Below, piece by piece: positions 63,718 through 64,000 of a stretch of DNA of 64,000 nt. The notes below the pieces were generated by a model. That model ran no database searches. It saw only the letters and a program-made list of their open reading frames with translations, and was not told the origin of the DNA. Origin of the DNA: Klebsiella pneumoniae (GTDB lineage Bacteria > Pseudomonadota > Gammaproteobacteria > Steroidobacterales > Steroidobacteraceae); contig CAMAQZ010000001.1 in the NCBI GenBank assembly GCA_945860725.1, positions 17,665-81,664 of the forward strand, given 5' to 3'. How positions within the stretch are numbered: the stretch's first letter is position 1; every line of letters begins with the position of its first letter. Both the position numbers and the translations under genes were made by a program.

Positions 63718-63960
63718 GTGACGTCACCTACGAGACCCGATCGCCGTCGTTTCCTGATGCTTGGCGCTGCCGCCGCCAAACTCGGGGTCGAGCCGCGTTT
63801 TCAGGTCATCTCGGGCTTCCGCTCGGCGCACACCAACGAAATGTTGCGCCGCACCAGCGCTGGTGGCGTCGCGCGCAAGAGCCCGCACATGCAGGGTCGC
63901 GCCATCGACGTGCGCTTACAGGGCATCGATTGCGCGGCGGTGCGCGCTTGGGCGGGCTGA
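63718..63960 (+). pseudogene. Degraded DUF882 / peptidase M15A (YcbK-like) gene: Tat-type signal fused to a fragment of the catalytic domain
   Basis: RRRFLMLGAAAA is followed directly by ..FQVISGFRSAHTNEMLR..GVARKSPHMQGRAIDVRL. About 75 residues present in remembered YcbK are missing between these, and the frame stops before the distal metal-ligand region. Confidence 0.55.
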
Positions 63961-64000
63961 GCGTCCGACGCGTCTCGCTGCTCGCCGGCGCTGCGTCGGC

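Overview
This is a GC-rich chromosomal segment, roughly two-thirds G+C by eye, from a gammaproteobacterium. Gene order looks Xanthomonadales-like or from a related order (inference from synteny and a Clp-type CRP): leuS-lptE ... holA-nadD-rsfS-rlmH-maf-rng, zapB-like/zapA/6S RNA/5-FCL/EVE, and ygfB-pepP-ubiH-ubiI. The window is almost entirely core housekeeping. It holds ribosomal proteins L17 (cut at the edge), L13 and S9, plus uvrA, ssb, miaB-ybeZ-ybeY-corC-lnt, leuS, purEK, purC, tldD/pmbA, ubiquinone genes and ispG. A tandem glycine riboswitch with terminator precedes gcvT-H-PA-PB. RNA genes are one tRNA-Gln(CUG) and one 6S RNA. I see no rRNA, CRISPR array, transposase, integrase or phage genes. 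The only accessory-looking block is about 7.2 kb inserted between lptE and holA. It carries a TonB-dependent receptor and a DUF2796 / ABC ATPase / FtsX-type permease / DUF3299 cluster, which is the composition of ZrgABCD- or PA4063-4066-type zinc importers. HIT and proline iminopeptidase genes follow it, and an AT-rich Zur-box-like operator lies upstream. I found no unambiguous novel multi-gene system. The most unusual item is a 17-codon Lys/Ala mini-gene ([17 protein letters not shown]) that the ORF track misses. It has its own promoter-like and Shine-Dalgarno signals and sits upstream of a hairpin and rpiA. Its composition echoes the Lys/Ala-rich C-terminal tails fused to L17 and RsfS in this same window. 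Other candidates are a small HExxH ORF after lptE, an Lpp/OprI-like Ala-rich lipoprotein, a structured pepQ leader, a 24-codon ORF bridging ubiH and ubiI across a tandem repeat, and an orphan non-Pyl MttB homologue. CDS coordinates come from the ORF track with start codons re-picked by codon offset. Coordinates of non-coding features were read by eye and may be off by 1-2 nt. Every product call rests on remembered family motifs, not on database searches.
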